NCBI GenBank assembly: GCA_963816755.1
Contig: CAWFLN010000008.1
Coordinates: forward strand, 325,855-389,854
Source: an uncultured Solirubrobacterales bacterium
GTDB taxonomy: Bacteria > Actinomycetota > Thermoleophilia > Solirubrobacterales > 70-9
DNA length: 64,000 nucleotides
Direction of reading: 5' to 3'
In this document: positions 31,638-40,761 of the stretch, piece by piece
How the letters are laid out: each line of letters opens with the position of its first letter
How positions within the stretch are numbered: the first letter of the stretch is position 1
Position numbers and translations under genes: made by a program
The notes under the pieces: model-generated
Database searches by the model: none
What the model saw: the letters and a program-made list of their open reading frames with translations, nothing else
Told to the model about the DNA's origin: nothing

Positions 31638-32422
31638 CAGCCCACCCTCAGCCGGTGGCGCAGGGCCCGGGCGCTGAGGACCAGGCCGAGGACGACGATG
31701 CCGAGGATCGCCAGCACCGCGTCGAGCGTGTCGGAGGCGTCGATGCCGGAGATGATCGGCTCGCGGATGCCTTCGACGATGAAGCTGAGCGGGTTGTACT
31801 CGGCGATCGTCTTCGCCGGCTCGATCATCAGTTCCTGGGGGAAGAAGGCGGAGGAGAGGAAGAGGACGACGAGGACCAGCGGGAAGAGGCCCTGGACGAC
31901 GCTGGCGCTGCCGGTGCGCAGCGCGATCGCGGCGCCGATCCCGCCGACCGCCATCGCCGCCGCGGTGACCAGGACGATCGCCAGCAGCGCCCCGGCGACG
32001 CCGCTCTCGATCTCGGCGCCGAAGATCAGCCCGATCGCCAGGAACCAGAGCGAGGCGAAGAGGCCCAGCGCCGCGGTCCCCGCCAGCCGCCCGAGGACGA
32101 TCGCGAAGCGGGGGATCGGCGCCGAGAAGAGGCGGTCGGTGAAGCCCATCTCGATGTCGACCGCGAGGGCGATGCCGCCGCTGTTGCCGGCCAGCATCAG
32201 CGACTGCATCATCGCCCCGGCGAGCATGAACTGGAGGAAGCTCTGCACCGGCGGGAAGCCGGGCAGGTCGACCGCGGCGCCGGCGCCGCCGGTCTGGATC
32301 GCCAGCAGCAGGGTCGGGAAGACGATGATCGGCGCCATCAGCTGCGGGCGGCGGAAGGTCTGGCGGACCGAGCGCATGCCCAGCGCCCGCACCACCCGCA
32401 GGTTGGTCGCCAGGGCGCTCAC
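31637..32422 (-). CDS. ABC-2 type exporter permease (first copy, intact)
   Basis: GTG 32422 follows a GGAGG RBS, in the frame of ORF 31637..33121. The sequence is VSALATNLRVVRALGMRSVRQTFRRPQLMAPIIVFPTLLL...EYNPLSFIVEGIREPI... The start overlaps the ATPase stop (GTGA). Confidence 0.8.
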   Translation of the reverse strand: MSALATNLRVVRALGMRSVRQTFRRPQLMAPIIVFPTLLLAIQTGGAGAAVDLPGFPPVQSFLQFMLAGAMMQSLMLAGNSGGIALAVDIEMGFTDRLFSAPIPRFAIVLGRLAGTAALGLFASLWFLAIGLIFGAEIESGVAGALLAIVLVTAAAMAVGGIGAAIALRTGSASVVQGLFPLVLVVLFLSSAFFPQELMIEPAKTIAEYNPLSFIVEGIREPIISGIDASDTLDAVLAILGIVVLGLVLSARALRHRLRVG

Positions 32423-33393
32423 GCCTCCACCGGCTCCTGCTCGGCGTTCTCCTCGCTCTCCTCCTCGAGGTGGTAGCCGGTCTTCTCGACGAAGACGTCG
32501 TCGAGGGTCGGCCGGACCAGCTCCAGCGAGTCGACCGCGATCCCGGCCTCGTCGAGCGCCCGCACGACGCGCGGGATGTCGGCGGCGCCGTTCTCGACCT
32601 CGACCAGGACCGTCTTGCCGTCCTTCGGCGGCAGCAGCTTGCCGATCTCGGCGCAGGATCTCCTCCGCCTCGGCGACCGAGCCCTCCGCCAGCTGCAGCT
32701 GGATGTGGGGGTTGCCGATCTCGGCCTTCAGCGACTCCGGCGTGCCCTCGGCGACGATCCTGCCGCTGTCGATGATGCCGACGTTGTCGGCGAGCTGGTC
32801 GGCCTCCTCCAGGTACTGGGTGGTGAGGAAGACGGTGGTGCCCTCGTCGTTCAGCGCCCGCACCTCCTCCCAGATCGTCTTGCGGCTGACCGGGTCGAGG
32901 CCGGTGGTCGGCTCGTCGAGGAAGAGGACGCGCGGCTCGTGGACCAGGGCCGCGGCGAGGTCGAGCCGGCGCTGCATCCCGCCCGAGTAGGTGCCGACCC
33001 GGCGGTCGGCGGCGGCGGCGAGGTCGACCCGCTCGAGCAGGTCGTCGGCGCGGCGCCTGCCCTCGGCGGTCGGGATGCCCTGCAGCGTCGCCTGCAGGCG
33101 GATCAGCTCGCGGCCGGTCATCAGCGGGTCGAGCGCCGCTTCCTGCAGGGCGACGCCGATCGAGCGCCCGCACCGCCCGCGCCTCCTTGACCACGTCGTG
33201 GCCGGCGACGGTGGCGCGGCCGCCGGTCGGCAGCAGCAGCGTCGTCAGCATCCGCACCGTCGTCGTCTTGCCGGCCCCGTTGGGGCCGAGGAAGCCGTAG
33301 ATCTCGCCCTCCTCGACCTCGAGGTCGATGCCCTGCACGGCGAGCACCTCGTCGAAGGCGCGCTCCAGCCCCTCGACCGACGATCGCCGGCAT
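32419..33393 (-). CDS. ABC transporter ATP-binding protein, DrrA/ABC-2 exporter type (frameshifts)
   Basis: Walker A is FLGPNGAGKTTTVRML. The signature YSGGMQRRLDLA and Walker B VLFLDEPTTGLDP are in ORF 31637..33121. The C-terminal regulatory domain is in another frame. Confidence 0.85.
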
Positions 33394-33396
33394 CGT

Positions 33397-34774
33397 CTAG
33401 GCCTCCGTCGTCTCGGCGCTGCCGCGCCAGCGGCGGCAGCGCCTCGACCCAGCGGCGCTCGTTGGCGCGCTCCAGCGCCTCGGCGGCGTCGAGCAGCAGC
33501 TCGTCGCGGCCCCAGGCGGCCTGCAGCTGCAGGGCGATCGGCAGGCCCTCGGAGAGCCCGACCGGGACGCTGATCGAGGGGATCCCGGTCAGGTTGGCGA
33601 GGCCGCGCGCCGCGCACGTTCGCCTGGTCGGCGGTGAGGGTGCCGGAGGGCAGCTCGACCAGCGGCGCCTCCAGCGGCGGCGCCACCGCCGGCACGGTCG
33701 GCCAGGCGATCACGTCGACGTCCTCGAAGAGCGGCCGCGAGCCGGTGGCGCATCAGCGTCCGCACCCGCTGCGCCTTGACGCTCGCCGCGGCCGGCAGCA
33801 GCATCCGGTACTTGACCAGGCCGCGGGCGATCGGGCTGAGCTCGGGGTCGAGGCGGTTGAGCCGCTCGGGGTCGAGGCCGCCGAGGCCCTCGGTGTTGGC
33901 GATCAGGACCGTCGCCAGCGCCGCCGGCTCGAGGTCGGCCAGCTCGATCTCCCGCACCTCGCCGCCGGTCTCGGCCCGCAGCGCCTCGATCGCCGCCTCG
34001 CAGGCCTCGCGCACCGCCGGCGCGACGTCCTCGGAGACGCTGTCGCGGACGACGCCGATCCGCAGGCCTCCGGCGTCGCCCGCCGCCAGGCTCTTCGCCG
34101 AACAGGACCGAGCCGAGCAGGCGGCAGTCGGCGGCGTCGGCGCAGAGCGGGCCGGAGACGATCGTGGTCGAGATCGCCGGCCATGTGGTGGCCGTCCATC
34201 GCCGAGCGGCCGAAGGTCGGCTTCAGGCCGGTCAGGCCGCAGTAGGCGGCCGGGAAGCGGATCGAGCCGATCCCGTCGGCGCCGACCGCGCCGGCGACGA
34301 GGCGCGCGGCGACCGCGGCGGCAGGGCCGCTCGAGGAGCCGCCGGGGCAGCGCTCGGTGTTCCAGGGGTTGCGGGCGGGCCCGTAGACGGAGACGTTGCC
34401 GGTGCTGCTGGCGCCCAGCTCGTGCATGTTGCCGACCCCGACGATCGTCGCGCCGGCGTCGCGCAGGGCGCGGTAGGGGCCGGACTCGCCGGGCGCGGTG
34501 GGGGCGAACATCTCGGCGGCGCCGAAGCGCTGCGCCCGCCAGGGCAGCGGCCACTCGTCCTTGATCACGATCGGGACGCCGCGCAGCGGCCCTGCCGGGG
34601 CCGCCGTCGAGCATCTCCCGCGAGCGCTCCGGGAAGGTCTCGACGACCGCGTTGATCGCCGGGTTGCGCCGCTCGATCCGCTGCCAGCGCCGCCTCCAGC
34701 AGCTCGACCGGGTCGGCGTCGCCGGCGGCGATCGCCGCGGCCTGGCCTCGCAGCGAGAGGTCGAGGACGCTCAT
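33397..34774 (-). CDS. Amidase signature (AS) family amidohydrolase (GatA/AtzE-like; frameshifts)
   Basis: MSVLDLSLRGQAAAIAAGDADPVELLEAAL is in ORF 34565..34774. GVPIVIKDEW...NPWNTERCPGGSSSGPAAAVAA...GADGIGSIRFPAAYCGLTGLKPTFGR is in ORF 33903..34568. The C-terminal part is in ORFs 33589.. and 31185... Confidence 0.8.
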
Positions 34775-34817
34775 TGCGGCGCCGGCGGGCGGGAGAGGTC
34801 GGGACAGCGCTCCGGAG

Positions 34818-34973
34818 CTACGCCGTCGTGTCGAGCTCGAGGAGCTCGAGGATCGCCGGCCAGAACATCGCCTGGGCGGCGCCCATCACCGCCAGCTCGA
34901 TCTCGTCGGCCTCGATTCCGAGGGAGGCGAGACCGGCTGGGATGAAATCGTCTGCGCGGTTTGAGGCCTCCAT
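34818..34973 (-). CDS. Mini-ORF (51 aa) immediately upstream of the amidase; possible AtzG/GatC-like small partner
   Basis: Not in the ORF track (<60 aa). ATG 34973 to TAG 34818 reads MEASNRADDFIPAGLASLGIEADEIELAVMGAAQAMFWPAILELLELDTTA. It ends 43 nt before the amidase ATG on the same strand. Confidence 0.4.
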   Translation of the reverse strand: MEASNRADDFIPAGLASLGIEADEIELAVMGAAQAMFWPAILELLELDTTA

Positions 34974-35102
34974 CTGGCGCTCGCAACCCTACAGCGCGGT
35001 TATGGCCGGGATCGTGCAAGCGGACAGCCGCGGCAGCATTCCCCCGGCGCGGAAGGCAGAATCCGGCGCAACCGGGGTCCCGGCCCGTGTTTGCCTAAAT
35101 CC

Positions 35103-35869
35103 ATGCCTTACCCGCAGAAGACAAGCCGCGACGCTCGCGCCTGGGCGCTGATTGCGGCTGCCGCCTGCCTGCTCGCGGCGCTGGTCGCTGTCGCCGCCCC
35201 CGGCGACGCCGACTCGGCGCCGCTGCGGGTCGTCGTGCTCGGCCAGACCTCGGAAACCCCGCCGGCCTCCTGCCCCGGCAAGATCGTCAACAACGTCGAG
35301 ATCACGCCCTGCCGGGTCGAGGGCCACGTGACCGGCTTCCAGGCGATCGCCGGCGGCGTCGCCCGGCCCTACGAGGCGCCCTTCGAAGGCAAGATCGTCG
35401 CCTGGTCGATCACCCTGGCCAAGCCCTCGACCGTGGAAACTGACACCACCACCGACGAGGTCGGCTTCTTCGACGAATTCCTCGGCACTCCCTCCGAGGC
35501 GCGGATCGGCATCCTGCGCGCCGGTCGAAGGCTCCAAGCCACCCCAGTACACGCTGGTGCGCCAGAGCCCGCTCGAGGTCCTCAACCCCTACTTCGGCAG
35601 CACCCCCATCTTCGCCCTCGACCACCCCCTGACCGTGCTCCAGGGCCAGATCGTCGCCCTGACGATCCCGACCTGGGCGCCGATGTTCGCCTTCAACGTC
35701 GAAGCCGACAACACCTGGCGCGGCAGCCGCCTGCCCGAACACTGCGCCTCCAAGGAAGACATCCAGGGCGGCCACCCGCAGCAGGGCGTCGGCAAGACGA
35801 AGACCTACGGCTGCTACTACTGCGAACGCGCGGCTGCTCTACACGGCGACGCTGGTCAAGAAACCGTAG
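35103..35869 (+). CDS. Secreted hypothetical protein (frameshifts)
   Basis: ATG 35103 is followed by the signal peptide AWALIAAAACLLAALVAVAAPGDA. Fragments are in ORFs 35091.. and 35557... The C-terminus ...YGCYY..LLYTATLVKKP ends at TAG 35867-35869. Confidence 0.55.
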
Positions 35870-35882
35870 GCGAGGCTGGCGG

Positions 35883-35999
35883 GGTCGGGGGTCAGGTACC
35901 CCTCCTCTCTCGCCTACCTGGCTGAGTCGCCACTGGCCGTCCGAGAGGGCTTTCGGGCCAGCGGCGCAAAACGTTCGGAGGGGTACCTGACCCCCGACC
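35883..35999 (+). repeat. Family B hairpin repeat, copy B1 (sense to the upstream plus-strand gene)
   Basis: Perfect 23-nt arms (ggtcgggggtcaggtacccctcc at 35883-35905 and 35977-35999) close a 71-nt loop. That loop recurs inverted in B2. Confidence 0.8.
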
Positions 36000-36133
36000 T
36001 CACGAATCTCTCTGTTGCTTCGTGGCACGGGAAGCTCGGCGAGGGAACGTCCCTGAAAGCTCAAGCGGGAGACGGCGGTGGCTGCCCTCCATCCGCGCTG
36101 GGGGGGAGCCGCTTTTTGGAGCTGAGGTTTCGT

Positions 36134-36254
36134 GCGGGAGGGGTCGGTAGGGCCTGCGAACGTTTTGTGCCGCTGGCCGGGGAAGCTTTTCTCGGACGGC
36201 GAGTGGCGATACAGCCAGGCAGGCAAGTGAGGAGGCCCTACCGACCCCTCCCGC
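36134..36254 (-). repeat. Family B hairpin repeat, copy B2 (inverted; sense to the minus-strand zinc-ribbon gene)
   Basis: Perfect 22-nt arms at 36134-36155 (gcgggaggggtcggtagggcct) and 36233-36254. The reverse complement of the loop matches the B1 loop (…gcctggct…tcgccact.gccgtccgaga…ggccagcggc.caaaacgttc). Confidence 0.8.
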
Positions 36255-36266
36255 CCAAAGCAGCCC

Positions 36267-36530
36267 CTAAAGAGCCGACTGACGCAACCCGCAGTAAGGG
36301 CAGTCGCTGACGTCCAGCCCGATCAGCTGGTCGCAGCGGCGGCAGGCCCGCAGGTTCGCCGGGGTGCGCGGCAGCGAGGAGGCCGAGGGTGCCAGGGGCA
36401 GCACCATCGCCACCGGCTCCATCTCCTCGCCGGTCTCGCGGTCGACGTAGATCTGGCCGGGCTCGGCGTGGGCCAGGGCCTCGCGGCCGGAGGCCGGGGC
36501 GCGCATCCGGTAGAGCTGACGCTCGTTCAT
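36267..36530 (-). CDS. Small zinc-ribbon protein (CxxC-x10-CxxC), hypothetical
   Basis: ORF 36267..36530 has the C-terminal motif CRRCDQLIGLDVSDCPYCG. It is divergent from the glycosyltransferase gene across a 32-nt gap. Confidence 0.5.
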   Translation of the reverse strand: MNERQLYRMRAPASGREALAHAEPGQIYVDRETGEEMEPVAMVLPLAPSASSLPRTPANLRACRRCDQLIGLDVSDCPYCGLRQSAL

Positions 36531-36562
36531 CGCCGCGAAGACTAATAGCTTGGGCGGCAGCG

Positions 36563-37957
36563 ATGCGCGTTCTCCTCTTTCACGGCTACATGCTGCGCGG
36601 TACCGGCAGCAACATCTACAACGCCAACCTGGCTCGAGCGCTGGCCCGGCTCGGCCACGAGGTCCATCTCCTCTGCCAGGACCGCGAGACGACGATCGAG
36701 GGGGTCGAGATCCACAACCCGGACATCGGCGGCCTGCTCCCGGTCTACGTCAGAGACCCCTATGAGGGCTTCGAGGTCAAGACCTTCCCGGAGCTCACCG
36801 AGGCCGAGCTCGATCGCTACATCGATGCCAACGTCGCCGCCGTCCGCGCGGTCGCCGAGGCGGCGGGCGGAATCGACGCCGCGCTCGCCAACCACCTGGT
36901 GATGGGCCCGGCGATCCTCGCCCGCGCCGGCGTCGCCCCTTTCGCCGCCAAGATCCACGGCTCCGCCCTCGAGTACACGGTCAAACCCCACCCGCGCTTT
37001 CTTCCCTATGCGGAAGAGGGCATGCGAGCGGCTGCGGGTGTCCTCGTCGGCTCTGGCCACACCGCCGAGTCCCTCTGGGCCGCGCTCCCCCGGTTCCCGG
37101 GCCTGCGAGCGAAGACGCGCCTTGGACCACCCGGCGTGGACGTCGACGAGTTCCGCCCTCTCCATCCCCGTCACGCCAGCCGCCCTCGCCCGCAGGACCC
37201 TCTCCCTCTGCTTCCCGACGCGCCGCCCTCGTGGTCTTCGTCGGCAAGCTGATCGTCTCGAAGGGCGTCGATCTGCTGATCGCCGCCTGGCCACTGGTGA
37301 GCGCAGCTCACCCCGAGGCGCGCTTGCAGATCGCCGGCTACGGCGAGTACGAGCAAGGACTGCGCAGGCTGCTGGCTGCTCTGGACACGGGTGATCTCGA
37401 CGACGCGAGGGAGGTGGCGCGACTCGGGCTGGGCGCTCGAGGGTGGGGAGGAGAAATCGCTGCCGATCCTCTCTGCGTTCCTCGCGGCTCCGCCGGCTGG
37501 ATACGTCGAGGCCGCGAAGGGCATCGCCGGCTCGGTCGAGCTGATCGGGCGCCTGGAGCACGACGAGGTGGCGGATCTGCTGCCGCGCGCCGAGGCGCTG
37601 GTGATGCCGAGCACCTTCCCGGAGGCGTTCGGAATGGTCGCGGTCGAGGCCGCGGCCTGCGGAGCGTTGCCGGTCTCGGCGGGGCACTCGGGGATGCTCG
37701 AGGTATCGCGGCAGTTGGCCGCCGACCTTCCCGCGGCGATCGGCGATCTCGACTTCCTTCCCGGTCGAACCGGGTGCCGTCGAGGCAGATCGCCGACCGG
37801 CTCGACCGCTGGCTGACGCTGCCGGAGCGGCAGCGGGAGGGTGCGCGCGCAGGTCCTGGTTGAGACGGTCGGACGGCTGTGGAGCTGGGAGGGCGTGGCC
37901 CGCGGCGTCCTCGCGGCCTCCGCCGGAGAGCTGGAGGACCTGCCCCGCGCCGTCTAG
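36563..37957 (+). CDS. GT-B fold glycosyltransferase, family 4-like (frameshifts)
   Basis: MRVLLFHGYMLRGTGSNIYNANLARALARLGHEVHLLCQD is in ORF 36389... FVGKLIVSKGVDLL is in ORF 37231... PSTFPEAFGMVAVEAAACGALPV (EX7E-like) is in ORF 37391... The terminal fragment ends at TAG 37955-37957. Confidence 0.75.
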
Positions 37958-38047
37958 CTGACCCGCCCACGGACATCTAGCTAGTGCCAAGCGTCACCTG
38001 GGCCGGAAAACCTCCCGCCGCCGCTTCAATAGAATGCCCGCCGCCTC

Positions 38048-38843
38048 ATGTACGGCCGCCTCCCGATAGTGAAGATGCTCGCCGCCACGGTCGCGATAGC
38101 CACGGCGATTTCGGCGGTGATGCTGTCGATCAACTGGGACGGCCAGGAGGCCTCGACCGCGGCTCCGAAGATCGACGACCTGCTCAACGTGATGATCGTC
38201 CTCTCGGCCTTCGTCTTCTCGCTGGTCATGGTGATGCTCTTCTACGCGTTGTGGAAATTCAAAGCCAAGCCCGGCGACGAATCCGACGGCGAGCCGATCC
38301 ACGGCAACACCCGGCTCGAGGTTGCCTGGACGCTGATCCCGACGATCATCGTCCTCTTCGGCGGCGGCTACAGCTGGAAGGTCCTGAACGAAATCGAAAA
38401 GCCCGCCAAGGACGCGATGACGGTCGACGTCTTCTCCCAGCAGTACGCCTGGAGCTTCGGCTACCCGGGCAGAGGCAACGCCTACGTCGCAGGGCGAATT
38501 CCACGTCCCGGTCAACCGTCAGATCCAGTTCAAGATGCACGCTCAGGACGTGATCCACTCCTTCTGGGTCCCCGAGTGGCGGATCAAGAAAGACAACGTG
38601 CCCGGCATCACCACGACCGCGATCGTCACCCCCGACAGGGTCGGCACCTACCAGCTGATCTGCACCGAGCTCTGCGGCTTCGGCCACGCCTCGATGCGGG
38701 CCAAGGTCGTCGTCGAGCCCCCCGGCCAGTTCCAGAAGTGGGTCGCCGGGCTGAAAGAAAAAGTCCCCCAACCCCTGATGGACTCGATCGTCCAGGACAC
38801 GCAGACCAACCCCGTCGAATCCCTTGGGGCTGGCGGGGCATAA
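38048..38843 (+). CDS. ctaC: Cytochrome c oxidase subunit II with an intact CuA site (one frameshift near 38490)
   Basis: Two TM helices are in ORF 38048... The cupredoxin domain in ORF 38535..38843 reads DVIHSFWVPEWRIKKD...ICTELCGFGHASM. Confidence 0.85.
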
Positions 38844-38856
38844 TGGAGGAGATCTG

Positions 38857-40761
38857 ATGGCGGCTGCGATCAAGCGACCGGGATGGCTTCGAGGCGCACT
38901 CGGCGCCCTCGCCTTTGCGGCATTCGGCTTCGGTCTGGTCATCGCCCTGCGGGCGATCTCCGGCCTGCCGCTCTACCAGACCGAACAGACCGGCTACCCG
39001 CACGTCGTCGTGCCGCTGATCCTGGCCCCGCTCGGCTTCCTCGCCGGCTTCGGCTGCTTCGACTACTGGCTGCGCTGGGCCGCCGGCATGCCGACGATCC
39101 CCGACGACCACTCCCAGCACGGGGCGAAGAGCTGGAAGGACTACTTCCGCTTCAACACCGACCACAAGGTGATCGGCATCCAGTACATCTGCACCACCTT
39201 CTTCTTCTTCTTCGTGGGCGGCCTGATGGCGATGCTGATCCGGGCCGAGCTGGCGCAGCCCGGCACGCAGATCGTCGATGCGGCCACCTACAACAGCCTC
39301 TTCTCCACCCACGCGGTGCTGATGATCTTCGTCTTCGTGATCCCGGTCTTCGCCGGCATCGCCAACTACGTCCTGCCGCTGATGATCGGCGCCCCGGACA
39401 TGGCCTTCCCGCGCCTCAACGCGCTCAGCTTCTGGATGCTGCCGCTCGCCGGCATCCTCTTCATCGGCAGCTTCCTGGCCCCGGGTGGCGCCTTCGACGC
39501 CGGCTGGACCGGTTACGCGCCGCTCTCCACCGGGGCGCCGCTCGGGCAGTCGTTCTTCAACCTCGGCGTTCAGTTCGCCGGTGCCTCCTCGATCGCCACG
39601 GCACTCAACTTCCTGGTCACGATCATCACCATGCGCGCCCCGGGAATGACCTTCTGGCGGATGCCGCTGCTGGTCTGGGCCAACCTCTCGACCTCGCTGC
39701 TGGTCGTCGCCGCGACGCCGTTCATCGCCGGCGCCCAGTTCATGGTCCTCTTCGACCGCATCCTCCACACCAACTTCTTCGACTTCGCCGCCGGGGGCGA
39801 CGTGATCAGTTATCAGCACATCTTCTGGTTCTACTCGCACCCAGCCGTCTACATCATGATGCTGCCCGGCTTCGGGATCATCAGCGAGGTCATCTCGACC
39901 CATGCTCGAAAGCCGATCTTCGGCTACCGGCTGATGGCCCTGGCGCTGATCGGGATCGTCGTCCTCAGCTACTCGGTCTGGGCCCACCACATGTTCGTCG
40001 CCGGCATGTTCAGCTGGCTGCGGGTGCCGATGATGCTGACCACCCTGCTGATCGCGGTGCCGACCGGGATCAAGATCTTCTCCTGGCTGGGCACGCTCTA
40101 CTTCGGCAAGATCCACACGAAATCGACGTCGATGCTGTTTGCGCTGGCCTTCATCGTCACCTTCACGATCGGCGGCATCAGCGGCGTCATGCTGGGCATG
40201 GTGCCGATCGACATCCACGTCTCCGACACCTACTTCATCGTCGCCCACATCCACTTCGTCCTCTTCGGTGGCTCCGTCTTCACGATCTTCGCCGGGATCT
40301 ACCACTGGTTCCCGAAGATCACCGGCCGCATGTACGACGAGAAACTCGGCCGGGTTCACTTCTGGGGCACGCTGATTGGGACCTGGGGCACCTTCATCCC
40401 GATGCACTGGATCGGGATGGACGGGATGCCACGGCGGGTCGCCGACTACGCCTCGCAGTTCGGCGACTGGAACCTGTTGATCAGCTGCTTCGCCTTCATG
40501 CTCGGCGCGATCCAGCTGGTCTTCCTCTACAACATGATCGTCAGCTGGCGCTTCGGCCCCCGCGCCGAGGCCAACCCGTGGCGTGCCAACTCGATCGAGT
40601 GGCTGGTCTCCTCGCCACCGCCGATCTTCAACTTCGACGAGATCCCCCGTGTCGTCGGTGGCCCCTACGAGTACGGAGTCCCCGGCGCCCGGCACGCGAT
40701 CATGGCCGGCGAAGGGGCGGAGGTGCCGGCCGGTGAGCCGAGCGTGGTGGGCTCGACGTGA
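38857..40761 (+). CDS. ctaD: Cytochrome c oxidase subunit I, A2-type (YS motif), with an N-terminal extension of about 90 aa containing two TM helices
   Basis: ATG 38857 follows GGAGGA, inside intact ORF 38824..40761. All six His ligands are present: STHAVLMIF, FWFYSHPAVY, WAHHMF and AHIHFVLFGG. YSHPAVY replaces GHPEVY, which indicates the A2 subfamily. Confidence 0.95.
   Translation: MAAAIKRPGWLRGALGALAFAAFGFGLVIALRAISGLPLYQTEQTGYPHVVVPLILAPLGFLAGFGCFDYWLRWAAGMPTIPDDHSQHGAKSWKDYFRFNTDHKVIGIQYICTTFFFFFVGGLMAMLIRAELAQPGTQIVDAATYNSLFSTHAVLMIFVFVIPVFAGIANYVLPLMIGAPDMAFPRLNALSFWMLPLAGILFIGSFLAPGGAFDAGWTGYAPLSTGAPLGQSFFNLGVQFAGASSIATALNFLVTIITMRAPGMTFWRMPLLVWANLSTSLLVVAATPFIAGAQFMVLFDRILHTNFFDFAAGGDVISYQHIFWFYSHPAVYIMMLPGFGIISEVISTHARKPIFGYRLMALALIGIVVLSYSVWAHHMFVAGMFSWLRVPMMLTTLLIAVPTGIKIFSWLGTLYFGKIHTKSTSMLFALAFIVTFTIGGISGVMLGMVPIDIHVSDTYFIVAHIHFVLFGGSVFTIFAGIYHWFPKITGRMYDEKLGRVHFWGTLIGTWGTFIPMHWIGMDGMPRRVADYASQFGDWNLLISCFAFMLGAIQLVFLYNMIVSWRFGPRAEANPWRANSIEWLVSSPPPIFNFDEIPRVVGGPYEYGVPGARHAIMAGEGAEVPAGEPSVVGST

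Noticed and set aside
13348-38500. Reading the many frame disruptions as genuine pseudogenes or programmed frameshifts.
   Set aside because: Essential single-copy genes are hit (rplM, rpsI, glmM, glmS, infA, alr, cca). The sites lack slippery-sequence or pseudoknot contexts, and several are short homopolymers. Uneven sequence quality is the simpler explanation.
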